Shown one piece after another: positions 38,431-51,834 of a DNA stretch of 64,000 nt. Below the pieces are notes generated by a model. It was not told the origin of the DNA and did no database searches. It saw only the letters and a list, made by a program, of their open reading frames with translations. Made by a program: the position numbers and the translations under genes. Within the stretch, counting starts at the first letter, position 1, and the number at the start of each line of letters is the position of its first letter. Origin of the DNA: Tubiluchus corallicola (taxonomy: Eukaryota; Animalia; Priapulida); NCBI GenBank assembly GCA_030141605.1, contig JAQGDQ010000889.1, positions 1 to 64,000 on the forward strand. Direction: 5' to 3'.

Positions 38431-40359
38431 TCTTTGTTAGTAAAATCTTTGATGACAATGCTGAAGTCTACTTTGCCTGTGGACTGTATGACAAGGTTTC
38501 TCACATCAGAGTGCTTATTGTCATACTAAATTATAAATTCACAAGCTAATAAATCACTAAAACTTTATTTTGTGGAAAATAAATTCATCTTAGATGCTTC
38601 AAAAATGACAGTACTCAGACCTTAATATGATAATCTTACTTATGTCGTAATCCAGAACCTTGTGGCACGAACTTTGAATGCGTATCCACTTTGAAATGTA
38701 AAATATAAATTTTTGACACAGTGTCCTGTACAGGCAAACAAGGAAAATAATGTAAAAATTACAAAGAAATTATGATCTCCATTATCAATTGTCAGGCATA
38801 TTTTCGTGGAGAAATGAGTTCGGTGGAAAAATAAAAGGCATTTAGTGTCCTTTACTTGTACCAAAAGAATGACCATTGCATTTTAAAAATGAAAGTAATG
38901 GCTGCTTCTCCCTCAAAAATTAATTTCCTAGGTCTACTACTTTATCCCCACTCCCCCGCTAGGTACACCGCCTCGTTTCTTAGATATTGTGAAACCGTAT
39001 TGTTGCATGAACTGCATGATACTGGACTTTTTGTGTTAAATTTTTGAGAATTTTACTCTTTCGTAAAGAATGGGTGTCGTGCATGTAAATTGCGTGATTC
39101 GTAATTCTGTCAGTCACTTCTTTCTTTTATCATTTACATTTATCAGTAGAATTTTCTTCATAGATGTAACATAACCTTGTTTATAGATGTTGTCAATAGA
39201 CATTTTGTGATACCCAATTAGTATTTATAATAATAATCATATCTCTAAATATAATTGTTAAATATTTAAAGCTGCTTTTAAAAAACCAAGGAATGCATCC
39301 TATGAGGCTCTTATTGCCAATTATAATTAACCGTGGTTACAGTTTTTAAAGTCTTTGGTCTGACCCACCCTTGACCTCCGAGACAGAAAGCAGACATGTT
39401 ACCAGTGCCACTAGAGCCACTAGACCGTAGTGTCTGATCTAAAAGTTGCATGTAACAAAATGAGAAATGGGAAAGCCTTGGGACTTGAGACACTCTGCAG
39501 CTAAGTGTGTCATGATCTGTCACCTCACTCATCTGACAAGATTTTATTGACAATTTGTGTTTTGAGTTTTTTAGCCAGAGCTGTAGAAATCTTGCTGACT
39601 TACTTACTACATCTTTTTGCTTCAATTCAGTGTGTTTCAAATGTTTAGTTACATATAGACTTTGAGGCTTTCATTTTTGTTGTAGATTCGTCTTATCCCA
39701 GTTACTTAATTATTTACAAAAGTGTAATTGAGAGGAAACAAAGTGGAGCATAAAAAAGCCACTAATTTTTACCACTACATCACTAATTATTTATAATCTT
39801 AATTTCAAGATTATTTGTAAATGATAGAACAAATCCACAATTACTGCTTTTTTAAAACAAACTGTTTAAAAGGAAATGTGAAAAAGTTGGAAATGAATCT
39901 AGATTCGAACCTGAAATCCTTAGATTGCAAAGCCATTGCCATGTCTGTTACACTGACAAGCCCCAATCATTGGTTTCTTACACGTTACCATAAATTTAAC
40001 ATCTCTATTGTTAATTTGCTCTCACTAGAATAATTACTAATAGTTAGATTGCAGAGCCTTAAATGTAATGTGGGTTGTTAATAAGTTGCTATATATCCGG
40101 TGTATTTATGCCTGGATTAATGGATTGGTTTATATGTATGTGTATATGATTTTCTCTGTGACCACTAAACCGTTTGCAACAAATGGTATGTCAAATGACA
40201 TCTCTCACACACCAGTATAGTTTGTTCATTACTTACACATGACCTTGACTTTCGTCAAAGGGTTACGAACGTATTGTTAAGCTAATATCTAAACTTGAAT
40301 GCTGGCTGTGCTATGTCTGATTGAAAGTGTCCTTCCTGTCCTCACGAATCATGGTGCAC

Positions 40360-40850
40360 AAGTTGAAGCAATGGCTGGCACTTTGTACAAGATGAAACAA
40401 AGACTAGTACCATGTATAAGATGACACAATAGCTGTTACCTTCTACAGAATGAAACAATGACCATGGCCAGTACTTTGTTCAAGTTGAGACAATGGCTAG
40501 GACTTTTACAAGGTGAAACAAAGATTAGTACCATGTATAAGATGACACAATAGCTGTTGCCTTCTACAGGATGAAACAATCACAATGGCTAGTACTTCGT
40601 TCAAGTTGAAACAATAGCTAGCACTTTGTACAAGAAGAAACTAAGACTAGTACCTTGTATTTGGTTAAGCAATAGCTGTTACTTTCTACACAATGAAACA
40701 TTGACAATGGCCAATACTTTGTTCAAATTGAAACAATGACTAGCACTTTGTACAAGATAAAACAATGGCCAGTACTTTCTCCCAGCTGAAGCAATGGCCA
40801 GTACCTTCTCCCAGCTGAAGCAATGGGCAGTACCATGCTACCTAGATGAA
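40360..40850. repeat. Degenerate minisatellite (ACAATGGCTAGTACTTTGTACAAGATGAA-like, about 29 bp)
   Basis: Recurrent CAATGGC.AGTAC.TT motifs with a longer super-period of about 120 bp. Confidence 0.8.
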
Positions 40851-41329
40851 GTACCGCCCGCTTAATACATGTACTTTGTTCATTTATGGGGGTTTCTGAA
40901 TTTTACATGGCGTTATGTAGAAAGAAACACGGCAGTTTAGAGTAACGCTTACGCTTTGGGCGCTTCCTATGCTTTTCCGCGTTCTCTTAAGCAAATTTAA
41001 TGCATTGTGAAAGTGCTATTAGCTGAGCTCAGCTAGCTGTTAATGCACAATGAAGCTCAGTATGTCCCCGCGTCACTGGGATGGAATTTTCTCAGCCTCC
41101 AACTTCTGCTGGCTTGCATTCTCTTCGCCACGTCGTACTAGCCACCGCCGCCACTATTCATCAAGTTCTGAAAGCGGTCGATTGTAAGGACAATTCAAGG
41201 TGATGGCTGAACAACGAGGCGCTTCTATGCTCGGGGTGTCACAATCGCACTCATCTGGAGTTTCGAAAATATTCTCATCACTCAATTTAATAAGGGCTTT
41301 GGCGAAGCAGTGTTATGTACGATTGACTC

Positions 41330-41750
41330 GTAGTAGTAGTAGTAGTAGTAAAATCTTTATTTGCCATTTTAAAACACTGACCATCATAATAAAAGATAGA
41401 CAATCAGTGTTAGTTCATGTAAAAAAACATACACTGTTCTGGGCAAATGCGTCTGGTGCAAGCTAAACTATAAGTGCAACTAGAAATTCAAAAATATAAA
41501 CTAGTTTAGTAAGGTCTAGGAAAAATGAAATTATGATTTGAGTAAGTATCATCGTGTTCGTATGTCGGATATTCAAAACGAGTCATTAAATGTTTTTTTA
41601 ATTTACACTTGAATATTGATAAAGAGCTGCTGTGTTTTAGTGATGTCGGTAATGAATTCCAATGTTGTATTGCTTGCTTAGTAATGGAATTCTTTCCATA
41701 TTGATTGTTCGTTCTCATGTTTCTTAAATTTAGTGTTCTGTTATTCATAC
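41330..41750 (-). mobile_element. LINE (CR1/L2-group) 3' end with (ACT)n tail
   Basis: RTNNQYGKNSITKQAIQHWNSLPTSLKHSSSLSIFKCKLKKHL; minus-strand AATAAA then ACT repeats. Confidence 0.82.
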
Positions 41751-42277
41751 TGGGGTTTTTAGAAGTGTGAGCTTATTGTGATTATGTTCTGTTTTGGCAA
41801 AGTAGAGAAAATTTTCCTAAACTAAATAAATTATAGTGTGAAATTATTCAAAATCAGTTTGTTATTTCTTTTCTCGATATTAAGACGGAAGCACACGATC
41901 AAACTTCACCTTAGTTTACCTGTTCAGTCGTTTCTCGAATTGCTTCTCTTTCTTTGGCTGTGACTTGCTTTCACTCCTTTAGCAATTTATGACAACCCCC
42001 CATTTGTCGTTCCCACGCGTGGGAATTCCTGGCAATTTCTTCTTACGGATCTCTGTGCTTGTTCAGCAAAGCGTCAGCGTATTGCACATTCGTTGTTGTA
42101 TCAATATTTAAAAGCCACTCGGGCTGACCGGCGCGCGGTAAAAGTGGAACAGGAAAATATGTTTTACAGTCTATAGAATCTGAAGACGGCCAAAATGTTT
42201 TGAGCTTTAAGCAGAATTACGGTGTTTAATCAGTAATTCGCGAATATTCCACATTGTGTTTATCAACCTTTCCTTAA

Positions 42278-42439
42278 CCCTTTCATATCCGTTGTACCAC
42301 GTGGGATACGACTATATTTTCTGCCTTTAAAATTAATAAAATTTTAAACTGACAGTTATTTGATCTGTTAATAGTTATTTTGATTTATGCCAATAACAAT
42401 AGACTAAAAATGGCGATAAAATGGCAAACTAGAAAATCT
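42278..42439 (+). mobile_element. piggyBac-like MITE family B, left-end fragment
   Basis: TTAA|CCCTTTCATATCCG and homology to 18686 for about 160 bp. Confidence 0.85.
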
Positions 42440-43269
42440 AACTTCGAAAATTGGTCGTCAGAAGTTAGCTTTTGTCACGTGTTATGAAGAATTTCTGAAG
42501 ATAATTGCTAAGACATCAGAATACAGGTAGAATTCAAGTAAAATACAGGTGAGCTTTATTTATATAAATCATTAATAACACTACACATTGCTCTCTCAGT
42601 TTAAGTCACATGCTTACTCAGTGATCTCTGAAGCCAACTGCCCAGGTAAGTTTTTTTCCATGAAGCAAGGAAGCCAGCACTTCAGTGAAGGTAAATGTTA
42701 TGCACACTAGTTCAAGGATGAAAGTTTAGACTGTATATAAAGAAATAGACTTATTTTATAGCTGAAATTTCTTGTGTGGGATTTTTAATGTTTTAACAAG
42801 AGAATGTAATAATATGACTAATGATCATAATTAAGTACTAATAAAAAATAAGATAAAGAAATCGTGAGCTTTACGACATGTGTGAACGTGGTTGATATTG
42901 TGGACTGCGTTCACACGACTACGAAAACGAGCGAGAGTAGAGATAAAGCAAGCAAATTTCGTAGATGGTTTTACAAACCACATTCGTATAAATCATTGGT
43001 CAACTGCGTTTAAATAGCGGAACCACGAATTGCCAAGCAAACTATTCCTTGCAAGCTATTGACAGAGCAGAGCAGAGGGCAGTAACTTTACAAAAGCGTT
43101 TCATGCAAAACGATGCGTTTGTTTGCAGTTTAGCAACTCGAAGAATAAGTTTAGTGGATATTAGTTCTGAGAAGAATTTAACTTGTAGCAGCGTAATACA
43201 GCGTTGGCTTTGTTGAGTAACACAGGGAAACTGTCACGGGAAAATAATCATCCAATGAATCGTACGTCC

Positions 43270-43830
43270 AGGGATATTATTCTGTTCACACTCGTATACC
43301 GGGACTCCCTACTCGCTGCAATGCCCCAAGTGCATTTATCTCTGAAGATCAGTGCAGAAGTGTTTAAATCTTTCTGTGCAAAATCTAAATGTCCTCCTGT
43401 ATGTTTTTTGGCTGGTTCTGTGGCTTGTTGAAGCGCCATCTTCACTGGAACATCATCAAGTAGTCTAAGCATATGCCAATCCATCTTAAACAGCGTCTTT
43501 TTATTTTTCTTGTCCAACTTTCTTCTTTTTTCATATACATCTTTATTTCAGATTTTCTTTGGCCATCTGATACCTAAAACGTTTCTGTAATTTCGCCTTT
43601 GAAGCGCATCAATTTCTGCTTTGTGATTTGCTTTTAATGTCCAGGGCTCAGAGTTGTACAGAAATACTCAGAAAGACTGAGAATATTCTAATTTTTGTTT
43701 GCAAAGAAATCTTCCTATTCTAAAAAACGTTTATGAGTTTTGAACAAGCTGCTAATGCCATTCTCTTCCGTCTTGGTGTGTCGTCTTCTGTTGCCAGCAA
43801 ACTACCGAGATACTCGGCATTTCGAATAAT
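43270..43830 (-). mobile_element. Decayed RTE-clade LINE ORF fragment
   Basis: Minus-strand translation gives RRRMALAACSKL...LYNSEPWTLKANHKAEIDALQRRNYRNVLGIRWP...WHMLRL, the RTE post-RT region, with stops and frameshifts. Confidence 0.75.
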
Positions 43831-44374
43831 GACATATTCTTATTAAATCTTACAATAGCCCCTCTCTTAGGGTGTAAGAGGTGGCTTGGGCGTCACGCAT
43901 ATTGTGAAATAAAAAAAGAAAATCTCCCTTTTTAGTTGCACGTAATTCGAGTTTAATTCGCTATTGCTGCAGTTTTCCGCATTCACTCGAGCTTTTAGTT
44001 CATTCCGAGTTCAGCGACAGTAAGCTTAGCATCGCTTGGGATGCTGCGCGCTCTTCATCTCGCTCGATAATTACGTGAGTTTTGAATTAATCGCGTTTTC
44101 GTTTTGTAACTAAGCGGCGTGTGCATGAATAGGGTGAGCACTAGAAGCGCGAAATTCTGGATGTTGTTTTCTCAATGGGTTTTTAATCATATTGGACTGA
44201 CTTCGACCCAGGGGGTTGAACTCCAAGATGGCATGGCGGTCTTGATATTGCGCATCATGAAGATCCATTCTACTATCGTTGTGTAACTGATTAATTAAAC
44301 TACAAATGTCAATTTTAATTACAAATGTTATGCTGATTAACTAAATCAATGTCTGTAAACTAGTACCATATACC

Positions 44375-44724
44375 TGTTATAGCATGTCATCTAACTCTCA
44401 TAAAACAAATTACACAAAAACTACACTGTACGGAGTTTATTAACAGGACTAAAAAAAATAAGGAACCAAAATACACGTGCACAAGAAAATAACTAACTAA
44501 CTCAGTAACAGCACTACACCCGAGGAGCACCTGTGTCAGAAATCAAGGCTGTAGTGACCTCTACACGCTTTAATACTGGCATTCCAGGTCAGCTGGCTTC
44601 TCACACCACGTGTAGGCCCAAACAAGACGTCTGGACCTACAAGAAAGGGGTGAGTCTCTGCTGACGTGGAAGCAGGGCGTGTAGAGGGCCCTACACCTGA
44701 CCCGACACAGGCACCTCCGTAACA
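44375..44724 (-). mobile_element. Probable solo LTR (about 350 bp)
   Basis: TGTTA...TAACA termini, minus-strand AATAAA at about 44441-44436, GC-rich body; no clear TSD. Confidence 0.45.
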
Positions 44725-45057
44725 ATATTTAAAAAAACTGTTTTTCTTTTGAAATGATATCCTTTTAAATTTTGACTTTGTTGCTATTAGTGTTTAAAAT
44801 GTTATAAAATTTCAGGTTTAATGCATGTTTAAGCGCTCATACTCACCAAGGGTTTGTTATAAGATGTTTCAAAATGTTCAGAAATTCTATAGGTCTTTTT
44901 TGAATGTTTTGCAAATTTATGAATACTTAAGTTCGTGATTACACGCGTTAGTAATCGTCTGTTTCTCCAATCCTAACCCTGATCAAAATTAATTGTGACT
45001 TTTTTACCTGGATTTGAATTTTCAACTAAAATCCATTGTTTGTGCCTTGTCCACACT

Positions 45058-45365
<308 letters not shown>

Positions 45366-45923
45366 CCTCGAACAATGAATATCAAAAGACTGACATTCAA
45401 AAGAATGATATGAACTCTGACCACATCATGAGCTTTCGCTGACCGTTTCTTTGCACATATCTGTTTGTTGAAGGGTTTTCTCTAACTTCTTCTCATTTCT
45501 GAAATAGCCCCAGAATGACTTTTGTGAGTTTTGTTTTAAATTTAGAATGTCTACTGCATAGGGAAAGCGGAATCACGGAAAAAAGAACTTCAACAAAGAA
45601 ACGAAACAAAAATCTAATAAAACGATTATATCAAACATTTCGGGAATTAAAAACAGAAGCGCAAATGAATTATATTCGGACAACACTAAGTATGTTCGAT
45701 GACTACTGGACATATTTTCACCTCTTAAATAATTCAGTTCTAAAGAGTTGGTTGTCAAGGCAACGTGGTTTGTGCTTTTGCAGATTAATCGCCTCAGTAC
45801 GTGAGCAAGTTCGTGTACATTTCCCTTTATACAAATGTAGAAAGCTTACGTACAGTCCCTCAGAGAAATTTCTGCACTCATATACTTACAAAATATTATT
45901 TATGCAGTCACTTTTTGTTAATA

Positions 45924-46671
45924 CAGCTTTTACATGTCAAATGTAGACCTGCGTTAACTCATATGTAGATTTAGGTAATTCAAATGTGTCTTGGTAACTC
46001 AAATGTAGACTTAGCTAGTTCAAATGTGTTAACAATGATTTTCAACAAATCTTGAGCGCTTTTGGTAAGTCGAATGTAGACACATGTCAAGACAAATGTG
46101 ACATTGGTATCTCAAATGTGGATAGATGTTAAAGTTTAAGCATGTTAAATTTAATCTTCTTTAATCTCAATTTAATAATTGCTGTGAAAATAATAACTTT
46201 ATAGGTCTACTAATAGTTCACTAATTTTCTGTAAACTTTACATACCATTGGAACTGTTAGAGAAAACAATACATTCTTAAAATAAACAATGTTTCTTGAG
46301 AGAAACTAATTCATTCATGCAGTGCTAATGCATTACTTAAAAAACTAATTAGTGATTCACTGTTCATTGGGAAGTGGGAACCGATTTATTCTTTTCTACC
46401 GACGTTATGGTTTATCAAAGAATTTCGTTTGAGGATAAACAACACATTTTTCAAAGTTATGAAAGAGGTGATGACTATCTTTGATTTATCTTTTTTGTAA
46501 TTTGCACTTAAATGAGTTAATTACCGATTTATTCAAAGTAATGCATCTACTTTTGACTTACCTAAGTCACATTTGAGTTACCAAAACACATTCGAAATTC
46601 CCATGCCTACATTTGACTTACCTAAGTCACATTTGAACTTTCGTGTGTCTACATTTGACGTGTAAAACCTA
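45924..46671. mobile_element. MITE, inverted longer copy of the 2129-2540 family
   Basis: TTTTACATGTCAAATGTAGAC ... GTCTACATTTGACGTGTAAAACCTA; shared internal sequence. Confidence 0.8.
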
Positions 46672-47833
46672 TATACATTGTTTTAGTGGCATCGCGCTGT
46701 AACCAGGGTGCATTATTATTGGGTGATCGTTCCGTGAATGGTAGGCGACACTAACGAAAATCGGGGCCTAACTTCCCTAAATCGAAGGAACGATGTCTTT
46801 GTTGCCCTGATTTAAAATCAAAATGCTGCGACCGGCTAGTTTTCAGCCTCTCCTTGTTTTATGGCCACAAGTGGAGAGGTTCGCGCTACATCTTTCCACT
46901 CGAGTTGGACTTCACGCCCGGCACTCAGACCGCTTTCATCGCCCCCTCCTAGGTGTGCCCTCCTTTTTACAATCAGGACACACTGACTGTGGCTTCGAGG
47001 GCTTCATGCCTCAGCGCGCTAAGTTAGCTGTTGATTTACGATTTTGAGAAAATTCTGCTGCGTTTAATACTCATCCAGCGCTTTGAATTGTGGGAATGGA
47101 TTGTCAGTTTAAATCCCTGCTATAAGCAGTTGCAGCTGTTTGGAAAGTCAACTAAACCATCACATCGCTTCACAGCCTCTGATTCTTACTGTGCGCTGTG
47201 GCTGATATGAGCCTAATGAAGCTGATGTTAATATGAAGGAATGTCACATAGCGACCACCAGGTACTGAGTCTACTCCGTGTAGTGACCTCAATATTTGAC
47301 CCCACTTGCTCGTAGTGCAGCTGTTTTGCTGACAGGCAAGAGTTTGTCCTTTATAAATGATTTCCGACACTGTATTTGTGTCGGAAGTGGTGCTGACAAG
47401 CCACTGGCGTAGCAGTGTCTAGTTTTTTTGCTGGATTACTGATGCGTTTACCTGTCTGAAGGCAGATTTTTTTTATTTTAGAATTCTGCCTGCCCAGTGT
47501 CTACAATGGACGTGACAGGCAAGAGTTTCTGCTTTATAAATGCTAGATTTAAAAGTGCTTGTTGGTTGAAATGGTGACAGTATTTTCCGTATCACCGAGG
47601 CCAAGGGTATCCACAAACGTGATACGTAGATGCACACAAAATATGCGGTGACCATAAACTTATGCGTGATGGTCTCCCAGCTGTGGTAATTCCCACGAAT
47701 ACCCCCTCCCCCCCAAATGTGCTTTTTGTACAACTGTGCACAAAGTTTTGCACTTTTCAAATTGTGCGGTATAATCCGCTGCTTAGTATGATGGATATCT
47801 GCGTATAAATTTTAAAGAATGACGTGTTACTGA

Positions 47834-49155
47834 ATGAAACTTGTCACACATCATGACATGGCTATCATTGGGAATCATTTTTGACACCTGTCACACATCA
47901 TCACATAGCTATCATTGGGATTCACTTTTGACACCTGTCACACATCATCACATGGCTATGATGGGGAATCACTTTTGACATTTGTCACACACCATCACAT
48001 GGCTATCATTGGGAATCACTTTTGACACCTGTCACACACCATCACATGGCTATCATTGGGAATCACTTTTGACACCCGTCACACACCATCACACGGCTAT
48101 CATTGGGAATCACTTTTGACACCTGTCACACATCATCACATGGCTATGATGGGGAATCACTTTTGACACCTGTCACACACCATCACATGGCTATCATGGG
48201 AATCACTTTTTACACCTGTCACACATCATCACATAGCTATCATTGGGAATCATTTTTGACACCTGTCACACGCCATCACATGGCTATAATTGGGAATCAC
48301 TTTTGACACCTGTCACACATCATTACATAGCTATCATTAGGAATCACTTTTGACACCTGTCACACACCATCACATGGCTATCATTGGGAATCACTTTTGA
48401 CACCTGTCACACATCATTACTTAGCTGTCATTTGGAATCACTTTTGACACCCGTCACACATCATCACATGGCTATCATTGGGAAGCACTTTTGATGAAAC
48501 TTGTCACACATCATGACATGGCTATCATTGGGAATCATTTTTGACACCTGTCACACATCATCACATAGCTATCATTGGGATTCACTTTTGACACCTGTCA
48601 CACATCATCACATGGCTATGATGGGGAATCACTTTTGACATTTGTCACACACCATCACATGGCTATCATTGGGAATCACTTTTGACACCTGTCACACACC
48701 ATCACATGGCTATCATTGGGAATCACTTTTGACACCCGTCACACACCATCACACGGCTATCATTGGGAATCACTTTTGACACCTGTCACACATCATCACA
48801 TGGCTATGATGGGGAATCACTTTTGACACCAGTCACACAACATCACATGGCTATCATGGGAATCACTTTTTACACCTGTCACACATCATCACATAGCTAT
48901 CATTGGGAATCATTTTTGACACCTGTCACACGCCATCACATGGCTATAATTGGGAATCACTTTTGACACCTGTCACACATCATTACATAGCTATCATTAG
49001 GAATCACTTTTGACACCTGTCACACACCATCACATGGCTATCATTGGGAATCACTTTTGACACCTGTCACACATCATTACTTAGCTGTCATTTGGAATCA
49101 CTTTTGACACCCGTCACACATCATCACATGGCTATCATTGGGAAGCACTTTTGAT
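47834..49155. repeat. 47-bp minisatellite organised as two 660-bp higher-order blocks
   Basis: Unit TGTCACACATCATCACATGGCTATCATTGGGAATCACTTTTGACACC; ATGAAACTTGTCAC at 47834 and 48494. Confidence 0.97.
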
Positions 49156-49708
49156 GCCCGTCCAAATGATTTTCTGGAATCATTCTTTCCTGTTCCTAAC
49201 TGTTGTATTGCACAAAACTCAAGGCATTGTTTGGTTTAGTTGATTTATATTTAGTTTAATGCACATGAGTAAATGTTCGATGAATTCTTTTTACCATTCT
49301 TGTGTTATTCGAAGCCATTCCTAGACGATCTTTCGTGAGTTTATTGCATATATGTGTAACTTAAGGTGATCTATTATATAACAAAATGTGCCGTTTCTCC
49401 TTGCATAAAGTAAAAACCTGCTAAATATTTCCTACTGAAATTTCAGATTGTTTGACTGATTGGTAGCCTATTTCAAGTCAAGCATTGTGAAAAATCGTGC
49501 TGAGCATGAATATTACATTAAAATTGTTCTTTTGCATGGCAATTGCATGGGTAACCATTACGTTATTAACTTCCGTGGTGATCTGCCTTTGTTTATGAAA
49601 CTCCTCTTATGAAACACCATTTTTGCTTTCATTGCATTGAACTCAGTGGATCAGAACATGCCTTCTACCTGTTATTGATAGATTCCATATCTTCTGGATG
49701 TCTTGTGG

Positions 49709-50187
49709 CAGGGGTGTGCAAATTGCGGCCCGCCGAGAGAATTTGTGCGGCCCGCGAAGAGGTTTGTCAACCTAATGAAGGTGCGGCCCGGGCGATTAAT
49801 TGAGTGTATCCAGCTGAAGTCCGTGCCACGATCCCAAAGATAGTGTGGTTAGTTTTTTCTACTAGATCGGATGCCATTAACCCCTACAAGACAGTTGTAG
49901 CTTAATGTCACTGTACTACACAGACTGTGTGATACACATTACTAATATGCATTGTAATGAAATTACCACTATCTGTCCTGAAAGTAGAAATATATGGTTT
50001 GTAATATAAATTTTAATAACTTGTAAAATAGTTTCTTGAGTGTAGTAGCAATGATGTACGCAGGTCGGATGCAAAAAAATCATCAGGCCTTTCTGTACTT
50101 GGTTCCTTGATCAAACTGCCTATGGCCTGCAGGAATTGTGGGAAAGTTTAATGTGGCCCGGCTAGTCAGATAATTTGCACATCCCTG
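49709..50187 (+). mobile_element. hAT MITE, family A (intronic)
   Basis: Both TIRs present; TSD degenerate. Confidence 0.9.
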
Positions 50188-50502
50188 GTTTATGGCATCA
50201 ATACTGTCCTAAATTAGCTGGCAACTAACATTATCATTAATGAATTATGACTGTGATTGCCAAATTTTTTATAAACCATTGCGGTTTATTTTATAAATTA
50301 TTGCCCATAGTTGGGTAATGAACTGGAGAAAGGAGACACTGAAAAATTGTGGACTAGATCGGGATTTCATCCCGAAGCCTGGGGGGTTAGTATTCCCATT
50401 AGGTCTGGAAGTATTTTCTAAATTTAAATTTGCTCTTTGATCACAGCTTCTTGAAGCCTTCTTAAAAATTGTATGTACTCAATGTTGTAATTGTATCTGT
50501 AG

Positions 50503-50628
50503 GCCAAAGAGGCTCTGCAAAAGTCTGGGCGAAGAGAGCCTGTGGGAGTGTAGCCTCTGCACGTACCGTAACAACCCGGAAGCTTTCAAATGTCTCATGT
50601 GCGACACCAGAAAGGGAACTTCCACCAG
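50503..50628 (+). CDS. YAF2: YAF2/RYBP exon encoding the RanBP2-type (NZF) zinc finger
   Basis: PKRLCKSLGEESLWECSLCTYRNNPEAFKCLMCDTRKGTSTR; TGTAG acceptor and GTAAGA donor. Confidence 0.95.
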
Positions 50629-50675
50629 GTAAGAAGTTCCTCTTTATAACGCTCACGATCTGCCGCAGATAGTTG

Positions 50676-50831
50676 TTTTTAAATGATAGACATCTTCTAA
50701 ATTGTTGAATTAAAGGAAAACCGACAGTTTTTTTTAAATGACAGACATCTTCTGAATTATTGAATTAAAGGAAAACCGACAGTGTTTTAAATGACAGACA
50801 TTTTCTGAATTATTGAATTAAAGGAAAACCG
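50676..50831. repeat. About 54-bp tandem repeat, 3 copies
   Basis: TTTTAAATGACAGACATCTTCTGAATTATTGAATTAAAGGAAAACCGACAG. Confidence 0.9.
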
Positions 50832-51834
50832 GACAATTGATTGGACTCTCATTTTAATTTAGTGTCCACAATATATATTTTCTTGTCTATAAAAGTTAGC
50901 AACTGTTTCTAATACAGTAGGCGATGTTTACTAGACTCACTTTGATGCTGGTTAAAAATGAAACAACGTTTTATGCTTGTTAAAAATGGCAAGCCCCAGA
51001 AGAGCTCTCTCATATTTCAAATCATAGTCTGTTCCTAAATGAACACGGAATTATTTTCATTTATCAATGTTCTTACAAAGGCTGTTATTATCAAAATTAT
51101 GCCTACATTTCAGAATTCATGGAAAGTGTGTTTCTTTTTTTGCAAACTTGTAACCGAAAAACTAAAAATGTTAAAAGCTTAACGAAAAACATCCGTACGT
51201 TTTTTGAAACGTGCATTTTCAGCGTGTGAAATGGAGAGTGTGATTCTGGTTGTGGGGAGGGCACTTTGGTCATTGTGGGCACTGTGGGGAGCAGCGAAAG
51301 ACCTATTGGTCACTTGGTCAGCTGCCCCTTATTAAAAATACAAGTTTACTTACAGGCTCATGACATTTTTTGGTGTTTGTGTATGTATAAAAGGCAAAAG
51401 CAACGAAAATCAACTCAAAGCAGAAATGCAATTCCACTCAGAATAAAAGGAAGTTATCACAAGCAATGCAAAACGGAATTTAACTTATAGCAAAAAATTA
51501 AATCAAACAAAATGAAACTCAAAGCGAAAATTTTATAAAGCAAATGCAATTCAACCGAAAACAAAAGAAATTATCACAAACAAAGCAAAACAGGATTCAC
51601 TTAGGGCAAAAATTATATCACACAAAAGCAACAAAATCAAAGTCCAGTGTCTACAATCAACGTTATGGGCTTATGATGATGATGATAATGAAACCTGCAA
51701 TGGATTTCAAAACATCTGTTTTTTGTAAGAAAGAGTAAAACTTTGCTTTCCGTGAATCCATCTGTGATTTTTGTTTTGTTGAAATGGAAATTTTTCTGCG
51801 AGTTTGTAAACCAACAACAACTGTAGATGAAATT

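Noticed and set aside
40900-42240. CpG-richer segments flanking the 41.3-41.75 kb LINE that look like decayed coding sequence
   Set aside because: Frames I read contain multiple stops and no recognisable motif; probably an old retroelement but cannot be assigned.
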